Notes under the pieces: model-generated
Seen by the model: the letters and a program-made list of their open reading frames with translations, nothing else
What the model was told of the DNA's origin: nothing
The model's database searches: none
In this document: one piece after another, positions 9,524-17,677 of the stretch
Numbering within the stretch: the first letter of the stretch is position 1
Layout: each line of letters begins with the position of its first letter
Virus record (IMG/VR): IMGVR_UViG_3300045534_000064
Span: 1-63,031 of that record
Direction: 5' to 3' (one strand)
Length of the DNA stretch: 63,031 bases
Origin: a virus
Taxonomy: Duplodnaviria; Caudoviricetes
Program-made: the position numbers and the translations under genes

Positions 9524-10369
9524 ATGCCGATGGAACTAGTACGAAACCTGCCCTACGACCACCCCTACCGCTGGGATGGCACGTTGTTCGGCGGGCCTAA
9601 GTTGTGGCGACCAACTGAGATTTCGACCGCTCTTTGGCTCGATGCTGAGGACGCCAGCACGATTACGCTCAACGGTTCAACGGTAAGTCAGTGGAATGAC
9701 AAATCGGGGAATGGTCGGAACGCTACGCAGGCGACGGCGGCGGCTCAACCGACGTATGTTGCAAGCTCTATCGGAGGAAAGCCGGCGCTAGTATTTGACG
9801 GCGCTTCAAGCGACTGGATGAACACCGGCACGCTGAACGTTGCCATGCAAAACGATTACACCGTGCTGGCGGCTCTGGCTACCACAAACACCTCCACGGG
9901 TTCGTTTTGGTATTTGGTTCCGGGTTTTCTCGGCGGAGAACGTGGCGGAGTTGGGGCGGATCACGGCCTTGGATTCAATGGCCTGACGCCGATCACTGGT
10001 GTTGGTGGCCCCGCTGACGCAATGTTGCAGGCTACGAGCCCAGTCACCAGCGGATCACCTGCAATCGCGCATTGGGATCGAGCCTCTACTACTGGAACCT
10101 GTCGTTGGTATCTAAACGGTACGTCAAATGGGCAAGGCACTGGCGAAACAGGAGCCAGAACCTACAACAACGGCATGGCGCTGGGCTCCATGTGGGAAAA
10201 CGGCGGAGGCCAATGGCTGTCGTTCCGTGTTGGCGAAATAGTCGTTGCAAGCTCGGTGCTGCCAACCGACAACCGCCAACGCCTCGAAGGCTACCTAGCC
10301 TGGAAATGGGGCTTGGAATCCAACCTGCCCGCAAACCATCCCTACAAACTTTTACCCCCCACGGTGTGA
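9524..10369 (+). CDS. Head spike fibre paralogue, LamG-like
   Basis: Shares N- and C-terminal motifs with 8200..9522. Confidence 0.65.
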   Translation: MPMELVRNLPYDHPYRWDGTLFGGPKLWRPTEISTALWLDAEDASTITLNGSTVSQWNDKSGNGRNATQATAAAQPTYVASSIGGKPALVFDGASSDWMNTGTLNVAMQNDYTVLAALATTNTSTGSFWYLVPGFLGGERGGVGADHGLGFNGLTPITGVGGPADAMLQATSPVTSGSPAIAHWDRASTTGTCRWYLNGTSNGQGTGETGARTYNNGMALGSMWENGGGQWLSFRVGEIVVASSVLPTDNRQRLEGYLAWKWGLESNLPANHPYKLLPPTV

Positions 10370-10370
10370 C

Positions 10371-10760
10371 ATGGCCGACTACCTTGTTTTCCAGACCCAG
10401 CAAGCCGCACAGACGGCGCTCGAAGTGATCTATGCCAACATGGTCGCGGCAATCAACTCGCCCGACCTGATGAACGTTGCCACCGGCGAAGTGGTCGATA
10501 AGGACGATCTGACGCCTGATGAGGCGGTGCAGGTCAATGCTGACCAGCGACAGTTCCCGATATTCGGCGTGAATGCGGCCAGCGGCTTCAAGGATCACGA
10601 CAGCGGCTTCACAACCGCTTGGGCAACGGCGCAAGAAACGGTCGATGGCAAGTGGGTGTTCCCGCAGCCAGATGAATCGCTGATGGATGGCGTGATGGAG
10701 TATGTTGTCGAGCCGTACGACCCGGCGTGGTTCCCGGTTCAGGAAAATCCGCAAACTTGA
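10371..10760 (+). CDS. Acidic hypothetical protein (possible fibre chaperone)
   Basis: Coupled ORF closing the spike cassette before a terminator. Confidence 0.6.
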   Translation: MADYLVFQTQQAAQTALEVIYANMVAAINSPDLMNVATGEVVDKDDLTPDEAVQVNADQRQFPIFGVNAASGFKDHDSGFTTAWATAQETVDGKWVFPQPDESLMDGVMEYVVEPYDPAWFPVQENPQT

Positions 10761-10783
10761 TTCGTCGGCAATTCAACAAAAAC

Positions 10784-10806
10784 AACCCGCTTCGGCGGGT
10801 TTTTTT
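10784..10806 (+). terminator. Rho-independent terminator
   Basis: AACCCGC-TTCG-GCGGGTT followed by a T run. Confidence 0.9.
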
Positions 10807-10820
10807 ATGGTTGCAGCACA

Positions 10821-10847
10821 GTCGAATTGCTCCGCGTGGCCTACATT
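10821..10847 (+). promoter_or_regulatory. Late promoter copy upstream of scaffold/capsid
   Basis: GTCGAAT-N14-TACATT. Confidence 0.7.
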
Positions 10848-10941
10848 CAGGCCACCTGTAAGGCCGTTTTCCCCCGTCATGGGTTATTGGCACGACCGGA
10901 ACAGGATTTCCGCAACCAACGCGATAAGTGGAGTGAAGTGA

Positions 10942-11949
10942 ATGGCAATCGACCTTGATTTGAACAATCTTTCCGACAACCCAGAGGATCTGGTCAAAGT
11001 GTTTGAGCAGCTTGAGGCTGGAGACACGCCCAAGGCCGCAACACCCGACCCTGAGCCGTCGAAGGAAAGCGAAAACAAGGACAACCCGCAGGATCAGGAC
11101 TCACAGAAAGCAGAGCAGGGGCAGTCTGAACCGGCAAGCGAGCCGCAAGGCATTGCTACCAAGGACGGAAAGCACGTCATTCCGTACTCGGTGCTGAAAA
11201 GCGAACGCGACCGTGCATCACGGGCCGAGCAATTGGCCGCGGAAATGCGCGAACGAGTGGCGGCGCTGGAAGCTGCGGTACAGGCGGCAAGTCAAGGGGC
11301 GAAATCCGGTGAAAGCGCCCGCACCAATGCCGATGCGCAATCTGTAAGCGACCTTTCATCCGACGATCTTGAAGCACTGAAAGAGGATTTTCCGACCGTC
11401 TATAAGGCGGTTCAGGCCGCGATGGCGAAAGCCGCGCAGCTTGAAGCCAAATTGCAGCCGGTTGAGGACAGTGTGCGTAGTTCGGAAGCTGAGCAAGCGC
11501 GATCTGCCGCCGAAACGGTGCAGGACGCCATTGACGCGGTTCCGAAACTGGCCCACATCCAGGCCACCAATGTCGAAGCGTTTGAATTGGCAAAGCAGTT
11601 TGACGCCACTTTGAGGACGCAAACCGCATGGGCCGGAAAGACTCTGACGGAGCGTTTTGCCAAGGTTGCCGAGATGGTCGAGGCCGCGTTGGGGCCGATT
11701 GATATGCCGGGTGCCAAAGCCGCTTCACCAAGTGCTGAGGACTTGAAAGCAGCCGCCAAAGCAAAAGCCGACGCCGCTGCGAAAGCTGGACGGACAAACG
11801 TGCCGACTTCGCTTTCCGAGTTCCCGGTTGGACAGCACGCAGCGCAGGACGAACGCGAAGCCGCAGAGAGCATGACCGCTCTGCAACTGGCTGAGAAGTT
11901 TTCCTCGATGACACCTGACCAAATGGATGCGTATTTCCGAAACCTGTAA
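10942..11949 (+). CDS. Capsid scaffolding protein
   Basis: Acidic N-terminus, KDGKHVIPY.VL..ER, Ala-rich coiled coil; directly before the MCP. Confidence 0.8.
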   Translation: MAIDLDLNNLSDNPEDLVKVFEQLEAGDTPKAATPDPEPSKESENKDNPQDQDSQKAEQGQSEPASEPQGIATKDGKHVIPYSVLKSERDRASRAEQLAAEMRERVAALEAAVQAASQGAKSGESARTNADAQSVSDLSSDDLEALKEDFPTVYKAVQAAMAKAAQLEAKLQPVEDSVRSSEAEQARSAAETVQDAIDAVPKLAHIQATNVEAFELAKQFDATLRTQTAWAGKTLTERFAKVAEMVEAALGPIDMPGAKAASPSAEDLKAAAKAKADAAAKAGRTNVPTSLSEFPVGQHAAQDEREAAESMTALQLAEKFSSMTPDQMDAYFRNL

Positions 11950-11968
11950 CCAATAACGAGGATCAAAC

Positions 11969-13237
11969 ATGGCTACCAATGTGCCAGTCGGTTCCGCCCT
12001 TGCGCGGAAAATCTACTCGGTGGGTCTTTTCACCCGTGTGCAACACGCCCCCGGTTTCATGAATCTGCTCTCCGGCGAAATGCCCAAGGAAGGTTCGTTT
12101 GCCGCCAAAACCAAGGGCCAAACCAGCCCTGATTACCCGATCGTCAAGGCCGGCGACTTGGCCAAAGGCGCGGGCGATACCGTCAGTATCGACCTGTTCA
12201 ACATCCTGCAAGGTAAGCCGGTGATGGGGGATACCCGCATCGAAGGCCGCATGATGCAGCTCACCTATTCGAGCATGGATGTGAAGATTGACCAGGTGCG
12301 CGGTGGCGCGGATTCCGGTGGTCGCATGACCCAGAAGCGCACGGTGCATAACCTGCGCAACATCAGCATGGCCGGCCTTCAAGCGTGGATGCAACGCCTC
12401 GAAGATCAGACCGCGCTAGTGCATTTGGCCGGTGCCCGCGGCAGTCAAGCCACGAGCGATTGGGTTGTGCCGCTGGCAAGCGACCCGGACTTCGGCTCGA
12501 TCATGGTCAATGGCGTCAGAGCCCCGACCGCCAACCGCTATTTCTGCGCCAATGACGCCACCGACGTTTCCACTATCGGCACCAATGACGCGCTCACCCT
12601 GCAAGACATTGATCGCATCGTGGCCCAACTGCGCGAGTCGCCTGTTGTGCTGCAATCGGTCAAGATAAAGGGCGATGACCGCGCGTGGAATGACCCGTTG
12701 TGGGTAATGTTCGTCACCGAGCGTCAATGGCTGTACCTGCAAGCTCGTACCGGCCAAACCACTTGGCGTCAGGCCGTGCAGTATGCGTTCGAGCGCAAGT
12801 CAAGCGGTGTCAAACACCCGCTGTTCGACGCCTACGAAACGATTATGTGGAACGGCGTGCTTATCAAGCGCATGAACCGTTACGCCATTCGTTTCGCGGC
12901 AGGCGAATCGGTGGTTAAAGACACGGGCGGCGCTGACGGCGGCACCTACACCGAATCGACGGTTACGGCTGCTCAACCCGTCGATCGCGCCATCATCGTC
13001 GGTGCCCAGGCGCTCGCCAAAGCGTACGGCAAATCGGCTTCCGACTATTTCTACGACTGGTCGGAAAAAGAAGTCGATCACGGCAACAGCATCGAAACCG
13101 TGTGCGCTGCCATGTGCGGCTCCTCGAAGATCCGTTTCAAGATCGACGGCGCGGATACCGACTTTGGCGTGGCGGTGCTTGACAGCTACGCCCCCGATCC
13201 CGCTTCCGCCGCTGGCCGCACCCTGCTTGGCTCGTAA
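11969..13237 (+). CDS. Major capsid protein, N4-gp56/DUF4043 family
   Basis: DLAKGAGDTVS, MTQKRTVHNLR, LAGARG, HPLF, DHGN, DFGVAVLD motifs. Confidence 0.92.
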   Translation: MATNVPVGSALARKIYSVGLFTRVQHAPGFMNLLSGEMPKEGSFAAKTKGQTSPDYPIVKAGDLAKGAGDTVSIDLFNILQGKPVMGDTRIEGRMMQLTYSSMDVKIDQVRGGADSGGRMTQKRTVHNLRNISMAGLQAWMQRLEDQTALVHLAGARGSQATSDWVVPLASDPDFGSIMVNGVRAPTANRYFCANDATDVSTIGTNDALTLQDIDRIVAQLRESPVVLQSVKIKGDDRAWNDPLWVMFVTERQWLYLQARTGQTTWRQAVQYAFERKSSGVKHPLFDAYETIMWNGVLIKRMNRYAIRFAAGESVVKDTGGADGGTYTESTVTAAQPVDRAIIVGAQALAKAYGKSASDYFYDWSEKEVDHGNSIETVCAAMCGSSKIRFKIDGADTDFGVAVLDSYAPDPASAAGRTLLGS

Positions 13238-13285
13238 TTGATGGGGGCGCAAGCCCCCTTCTCAAACTGATTTTGGAGAAATGAC

Positions 13286-13690
13286 ATGGCAACTATCAAT
13301 GCCCCCTCCCTGCAAGACACCGTGTATAGCGGCGATTGCCCGCTGGCCGCTGCGCACGGCTACATCACCCTTGCCTCCGTTCCTGTCGCAGACAAAATCC
13401 GTCTGAACAAGGTCTATGCCGGCACCAAAGTTTATGACGTCGCGATGATTAATGCGGCACTCGGTGCCAGCACGACCGTTTCGCTTGGCTTCGAGTATGT
13501 GAATGGCGAGTCTGGTGGTTCTGCCACCGCTTTCCTTCCTGCCACCAGCACCTCCAGCGCCGCGCGCGTTGAAAGCTCTGCCAAGCCCGTCACGCTCCTC
13601 TATGACGCCTTCATCATTGCCACCATTGGCGGCGCCACAGCGACGGGCCAGATTGACACTGTTGTGACCTACGAATTCAAGGGCAAGTAA
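13286..13690 (+). CDS. Capsid decoration/cement protein
   Basis: Small beta-rich protein right after the MCP, GGAG SD. Confidence 0.65.
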   Translation: MATINAPSLQDTVYSGDCPLAAAHGYITLASVPVADKIRLNKVYAGTKVYDVAMINAALGASTTVSLGFEYVNGESGGSATAFLPATSTSSAARVESSAKPVTLLYDAFIIATIGGATATGQIDTVVTYEFKGK

Positions 13691-13716
13691 TTGCAACGCT
13701 CTTGAATGAGTGACCT

Positions 13717-13749
13717 GTGGGGCGGCCGCCGTGTCGCCCCACTTTTTTT
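13717..13749 (+). terminator. Rho-independent terminator
   Basis: GTGGGGCGGC...GTCGCCCCAC followed by T7. Confidence 0.8.
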
Positions 13750-13761
13750 GGAGATCCAATC

Positions 13762-14178
13762 ATGCAAAAACTGATTGCAGTGCGTTATGTCGGCAAGAAG
13801 CCGTTTGCCTATGACAACGTGGCCCGATCCGGGGTGACGTGGGACGGTTGCGGCAGTGTCCGTCAAGTGACCGACGCTCAGGCAAAGATGCTGCTCAAGT
13901 ACCCAGACCAATGGCAACTGGTCAATTCAAGCGACAAGGAAGCCGTGGAAGCACCGGTATCCATCTCGGTGATCGACGAGGACGGGCAAAGCGTGTCAAT
14001 CGACCCGGATGCTTTTAAAAAGCCCTTCGAGCACATGAGCAAGGCCGAATTGAAAGCCTATGCCGACAACAAGTGGGGCAAAGACCTGGATGCCCGCAAA
14101 TCAACCAAAGCCATGATCGACCAGATTGAAGAATGGGAGCGCGATCTGGACGTGACCATCGGCGTGCCGGGTGAGTGA
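13762..14178 (+). CDS. Hypothetical head-module protein with C-terminal HeH/SAP-like motif
   Basis: GGAG SD; MSKAELKAYA...K..MIDQI. Confidence 0.6.
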   Translation: MQKLIAVRYVGKKPFAYDNVARSGVTWDGCGSVRQVTDAQAKMLLKYPDQWQLVNSSDKEAVEAPVSISVIDEDGQSVSIDPDAFKKPFEHMSKAELKAYADNKWGKDLDARKSTKAMIDQIEEWERDLDVTIGVPGE

Positions 14179-14179
14179 G

Positions 14180-14206
14180 GTCAAATAGCCGTCGCCACAC
14201 GATAAT
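14180..14206 (+). promoter_or_regulatory. Late promoter copy upstream of tail genes
   Basis: GTCAAAT-N14-GATAAT. Confidence 0.7.
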
Positions 14207-14243
14207 GGTTCAACCGCAATAGCATCCACAAGGGCCTGGCGCT

Positions 14244-14882
14244 GTGGCAACGCTCAAGTATTCAGACTTCATTGACGAGGTGTTGCCGTTTCTGGCGGCA
14301 GACCCCTCCAACCCGGTCACGGAAAACGCAATCAAGCGTGCCGTGATCGAGTTTTGCGCCGGGAGTTGGATCTGGAAATACTTGCCAGACCCAACCAGCA
14401 CGGTGTCCGGTGAGCATGAATACGATCTAGAACCACCGGCGGGCGCCGATGTTGCTGTTGTCATGCACGTCGCACTGGATGGGGTGCCGATTTCGCACAA
14501 GTCGATTGACTGGCTGGACACCGAATTGCCCCGGTGGCGCACTACCACCGGCACGCCAAAATACTTCTCGCAAATCAACAGCGAGCAGATTGTGCTGGCC
14601 CCGGCCCCGGACAGCAGCATGACGGATGGGCTGTCTATGACGTTGGCGCTTCAACCGAGCCAAACGGCAACCGGGTTTCCGTCGTGGATCGGCAATCAAT
14701 ACTTTGAGGATCTGGCCAATGGCGCCATTGCCAAACTGATGCTGATGCCAAACAAGCCTTGGACGGATCTTCAAACCGGCGCAGACCGTCGCAATCTGTT
14801 CCAGGGTGCCATTGCGAATGCCCGCGCCTCGGCAGTGCGTTCGCTTGCGCGCGCAGAAATGCACTCCAAGTCGCACCACTGA
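14244..14882 (+). CDS. Head-tail adaptor protein
   Basis: A.IEFC...GTPKYF...L.PAP...GAIAKLMLMP.KPWT; position. Confidence 0.7.
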   Translation: MATLKYSDFIDEVLPFLAADPSNPVTENAIKRAVIEFCAGSWIWKYLPDPTSTVSGEHEYDLEPPAGADVAVVMHVALDGVPISHKSIDWLDTELPRWRTTTGTPKYFSQINSEQIVLAPAPDSSMTDGLSMTLALQPSQTATGFPSWIGNQYFEDLANGAIAKLMLMPNKPWTDLQTGADRRNLFQGAIANARASAVRSLARAEMHSKSHH

Positions 14883-14889
14883 GCCGGCC

Positions 14890-15558
14890 ATGGGCACGAT
14901 CATTTCAGACACCATCATCGACAAAGCGCAAACCGTCTTGCAAGACGCAACCGGAGTGCGGTGGAGCGATGCGGAATTGCTGTCATGGCTTAACGACGGG
15001 CAGCGCAACGTGGTGCTTTACAAGCCCAATGCGTATGTCAGAAACGTGCCGTTTCAGTGTTCGCCCGGAACCCGGCAATCTTTGCCGTCTGATTGCGTAC
15101 AGGTGTTCAACATTCCACGCAATCTCGGGCTGACGGGAACCACCCCAGGGCGGGCCATTCGTCCGGTACAGCAGGACATGCTGGATGCAAGGGTGCCCAA
15201 CTGGCATTCGGCCACCGCAGCGGCAGAGGTGCAGCATTACACCTACTCGGTTTTGAATCCAAAGACCTTTTACGTGTATCCGCCCAACACCGGCACCGGC
15301 TATGTGGAACTGTCATACGGCGCAGAACCGCCCGACACCACGCTCGGCGCGGCCATTGCCGTGGATAACATCTACTCAACATCTTTGCTTGATTACATGC
15401 TGTTTCGTGCGTTCAGCAAGGACACAGAGTTTGCAGACAACACCCGGGCAAGCGCCTATTTCAATGCGTTCGTCGCCGCGCTGACCGGCAGGGCGAGGGC
15501 CGAATCAAGTGCAAACCCAAACACGCAAGCCAACGCCAACCCCAGCAACCCCGCATAA
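14890..15558 (+). CDS. Adaptor/tail protein (DUF6682-like)
   Basis: LQD..VRWS..ELL.WLNDGQ...FYVYPP...DYML.RAFSKD. Confidence 0.7.
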   Translation: MGTIISDTIIDKAQTVLQDATGVRWSDAELLSWLNDGQRNVVLYKPNAYVRNVPFQCSPGTRQSLPSDCVQVFNIPRNLGLTGTTPGRAIRPVQQDMLDARVPNWHSATAAAEVQHYTYSVLNPKTFYVYPPNTGTGYVELSYGAEPPDTTLGAAIAVDNIYSTSLLDYMLFRAFSKDTEFADNTRASAYFNAFVAALTGRARAESSANPNTQANANPSNPA

Positions 15559-15570
15559 CAGGAGTACATC

Positions 15571-15999
15571 ATGCCCGGATTTTCCAAAGCTCTCGCACAA
15601 CAAATCTTTGATGCCACGCTGGCCTCAACCCGCACCAGCCTGACCGCTAAGCCCGGCGTGTGGATGAGCCTGCACACCGCGGCCCCGGACGATACCAGCG
15701 GCGGCAATGAAGCCACCTATTCCGGGTATGCGCGAGTCAATATCGCCTCGGTGATGACTTCCAGCACCACGGGCAGCGCGCCAGAGCAAACCGTTCGCGC
15801 CACGAACACTGCCGACATCAACTTCCCAGCCTCCACCGGCGCGACCCAAACCGTGACCCATTGGGCTATCTGGTCGGATCAATCCCTTGGCACCAGTGCC
15901 TACCTCATGTACTCCGGCTCGCTGTCGTCCAGCCGCAGCGTGCAGTCGGGTGACGTGGTGGTGATCCCGGCAGGCCAACTGCAAATTGATCTGACGTAA
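15571..15999 (+). CDS. Small tail structural protein
   Basis: LHTA.P...NEA...GYAR...FPAST...HWAIW motif. Confidence 0.65.
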   Translation: MPGFSKALAQQIFDATLASTRTSLTAKPGVWMSLHTAAPDDTSGGNEATYSGYARVNIASVMTSSTTGSAPEQTVRATNTADINFPASTGATQTVTHWAIWSDQSLGTSAYLMYSGSLSSSRSVQSGDVVVIPAGQLQIDLT

Positions 16000-16001
16000 T
16001 C

Positions 16002-16433
16002 ATGGCCGGTCTGTCGAAATACTTGGCGTTGGCGCTGTTCAATATGTCACTGAACCCGGTGAGGGCGGCATACACCCCGCCATCGGGTCTTTGGCTGGCC
16101 TTGCACACGGCGCCGCCAAGCGATTCGACGTACGGCAATGAAGCGACATTCGGCGGGTACGCCCGGCAGCCGATCAACAGCCTGACCGCCAACCCGCTGA
16201 CCGAAACGGTCAATGGCGACGTGGATATTTTTGTCACCAACGGATCAGCCGTGGTGTTTCCGGCCTCAACCTCTACGGCAGGGCAGACCATTCGGCATTG
16301 GGCCATTTGGGACAGCGCCACGCCTGGCGACGGCAACATTCTGTTTTCCGGCGCGCTGGCATCATCTCGGCTAATCTCGAATGGCGATAGCGTCGTGATA
16401 AGCGAAGGCAGCATTTCTTTGACCATCAAATGA
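16002..16433 (+). CDS. Small tail structural protein, tandem paralogue of 15571..15999
   Basis: Same motif set. Confidence 0.65.
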   Translation: MAGLSKYLALALFNMSLNPVRAAYTPPSGLWLALHTAPPSDSTYGNEATFGGYARQPINSLTANPLTETVNGDVDIFVTNGSAVVFPASTSTAGQTIRHWAIWDSATPGDGNILFSGALASSRLISNGDSVVISEGSISLTIK

Positions 16434-17371
16434 CAAAGAATGCAATCAATGGCAGCGTAATCAACAAGACAGCGTTCCCGGGTTCGGAAGATGGTCTATC
16501 GCTTGTCGAATTGGTTGGAACCGCCGAAGTTACGGCCAGCATATCCGCTATCAAGCTGAGGTTGCTGGCGTCAGCAACGACTGTTTGCGGATCTGCCGGA
16601 ACCGCCCAAACAACCAAAAAGGCGCAACTGTCGGCTGTTGAGTCTGGCACCGCTGCGCCATCTGTTGTCGCCTACGTCAAAACCCCGTTTTCGGCTTACG
16701 CGCAAGCGGCTTGCGGCGCAGCATCCGGTGTTCAATTGGCGTATCGGATGAGCGCCGTACAGCCCTCCTTGGCTGATGCTGCCGCTGCCTACAGCTATGT
16801 GGCAGCGAAAAAATCGGCCAACACGGCTGGCGTGGCGGAGTCCGTCAATGCCAAGGCCACCACGCTGGTAAGTCGCGGCGCCGCGTCGCTTGCAACGGCA
16901 GTGACAGCGGCCAATGCGTTGCGCAAGACGGCCTTCTTTGCGACCGGAGCGCCCTCTGCTACCGGCATTGCCAGCATCACGTTCAGAAATCGACTCGGCG
17001 CAACGGCGGCGCCTTCTGTGGCGTGGTTGGTGTCGAGTATTTTGAAAGTAACCATAGGGGCACGCGCTACACCCACAGCCGTGACCATGGCCTATCCGTT
17101 ACGAAAACGACTGGTCGCACCATCGCTGCAAAAAGCTCTGGCCATCTGCACATCGATCATCTTTTATCGAAAGATGAATCTGAACGTGACAACGCAGGCG
17201 AATGCCTCAGCCAATGCCAAAATTCGTTTGAAATTTTGCATGTCGGCATCTGCAATTGCTCAGGCAACTGGACAAGCAACGGCATCTGATTTCGCATCGG
17301 CCATACCGGCGCCAGCCGAACGATTGATGACGGTACAAGCGTCTGACCGCCGCGTGGAGGTAACAGAATGA
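16430..17371 (+). CDS. Ala/Thr-rich virion protein
   Basis: Coupled ORF in the tail operon with A-x-A repeats. Confidence 0.55.
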   Translation: MTKNAINGSVINKTAFPGSEDGLSLVELVGTAEVTASISAIKLRLLASATTVCGSAGTAQTTKKAQLSAVESGTAAPSVVAYVKTPFSAYAQAACGAASGVQLAYRMSAVQPSLADAAAAYSYVAAKKSANTAGVAESVNAKATTLVSRGAASLATAVTAANALRKTAFFATGAPSATGIASITFRNRLGATAAPSVAWLVSSILKVTIGARATPTAVTMAYPLRKRLVAPSLQKALAICTSIIFYRKMNLNVTTQANASANAKIRLKFCMSASAIAQATGQATASDFASAIPAPAERLMTVQASDRRVEVTE

Positions 17372-17676
17372 TTCTTGGAAGATTCTACAAACAGCCTGCC
17401 GAAACGCTCGATTACGACATTGATTTTTCAGAATTTTTGTCTGACGGCGATCTGATTGTGACGACCGGAAACCCGCCCGTTCCGTCGCCATTGAGCGTAT
17501 CGGTCACGCCGTCTGGCATGACATTGGGGCCGACGTTTGTGCTCAACGGAAAAATCGTGAAGCAATGGCTGTCGGGCGGAACGGACGGCGTGAAATACAA
17601 GATCACGCTGACCATTACCTCCAACGCTGGGCGCGTCAAACAGGTCGAGTTCGTGGTTCGCGTAAAGGACGAGTGA
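17368..17676 (+). CDS. Fibre-tail adaptor-like protein
   Basis: KQP.E.LDYDIDF...WLSGG..G..YKIT...GR motif. Confidence 0.65.
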   Translation: MILGRFYKQPAETLDYDIDFSEFLSDGDLIVTTGNPPVPSPLSVSVTPSGMTLGPTFVLNGKIVKQWLSGGTDGVKYKITLTITSNAGRVKQVEFVVRVKDE

Positions 17677-17677
17677 A

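Noticed and set aside
8260-10320. DGR template/variable repeats between the spike paralogues
   Set aside because: No reverse transcriptase gene; the differences are mostly synonymous and not adenine-specific.
16505-16531. Additional late promoter GTCGAAT-N14-GAAGTT
   Set aside because: Intragenic, weak -10 and far from the next start codon.
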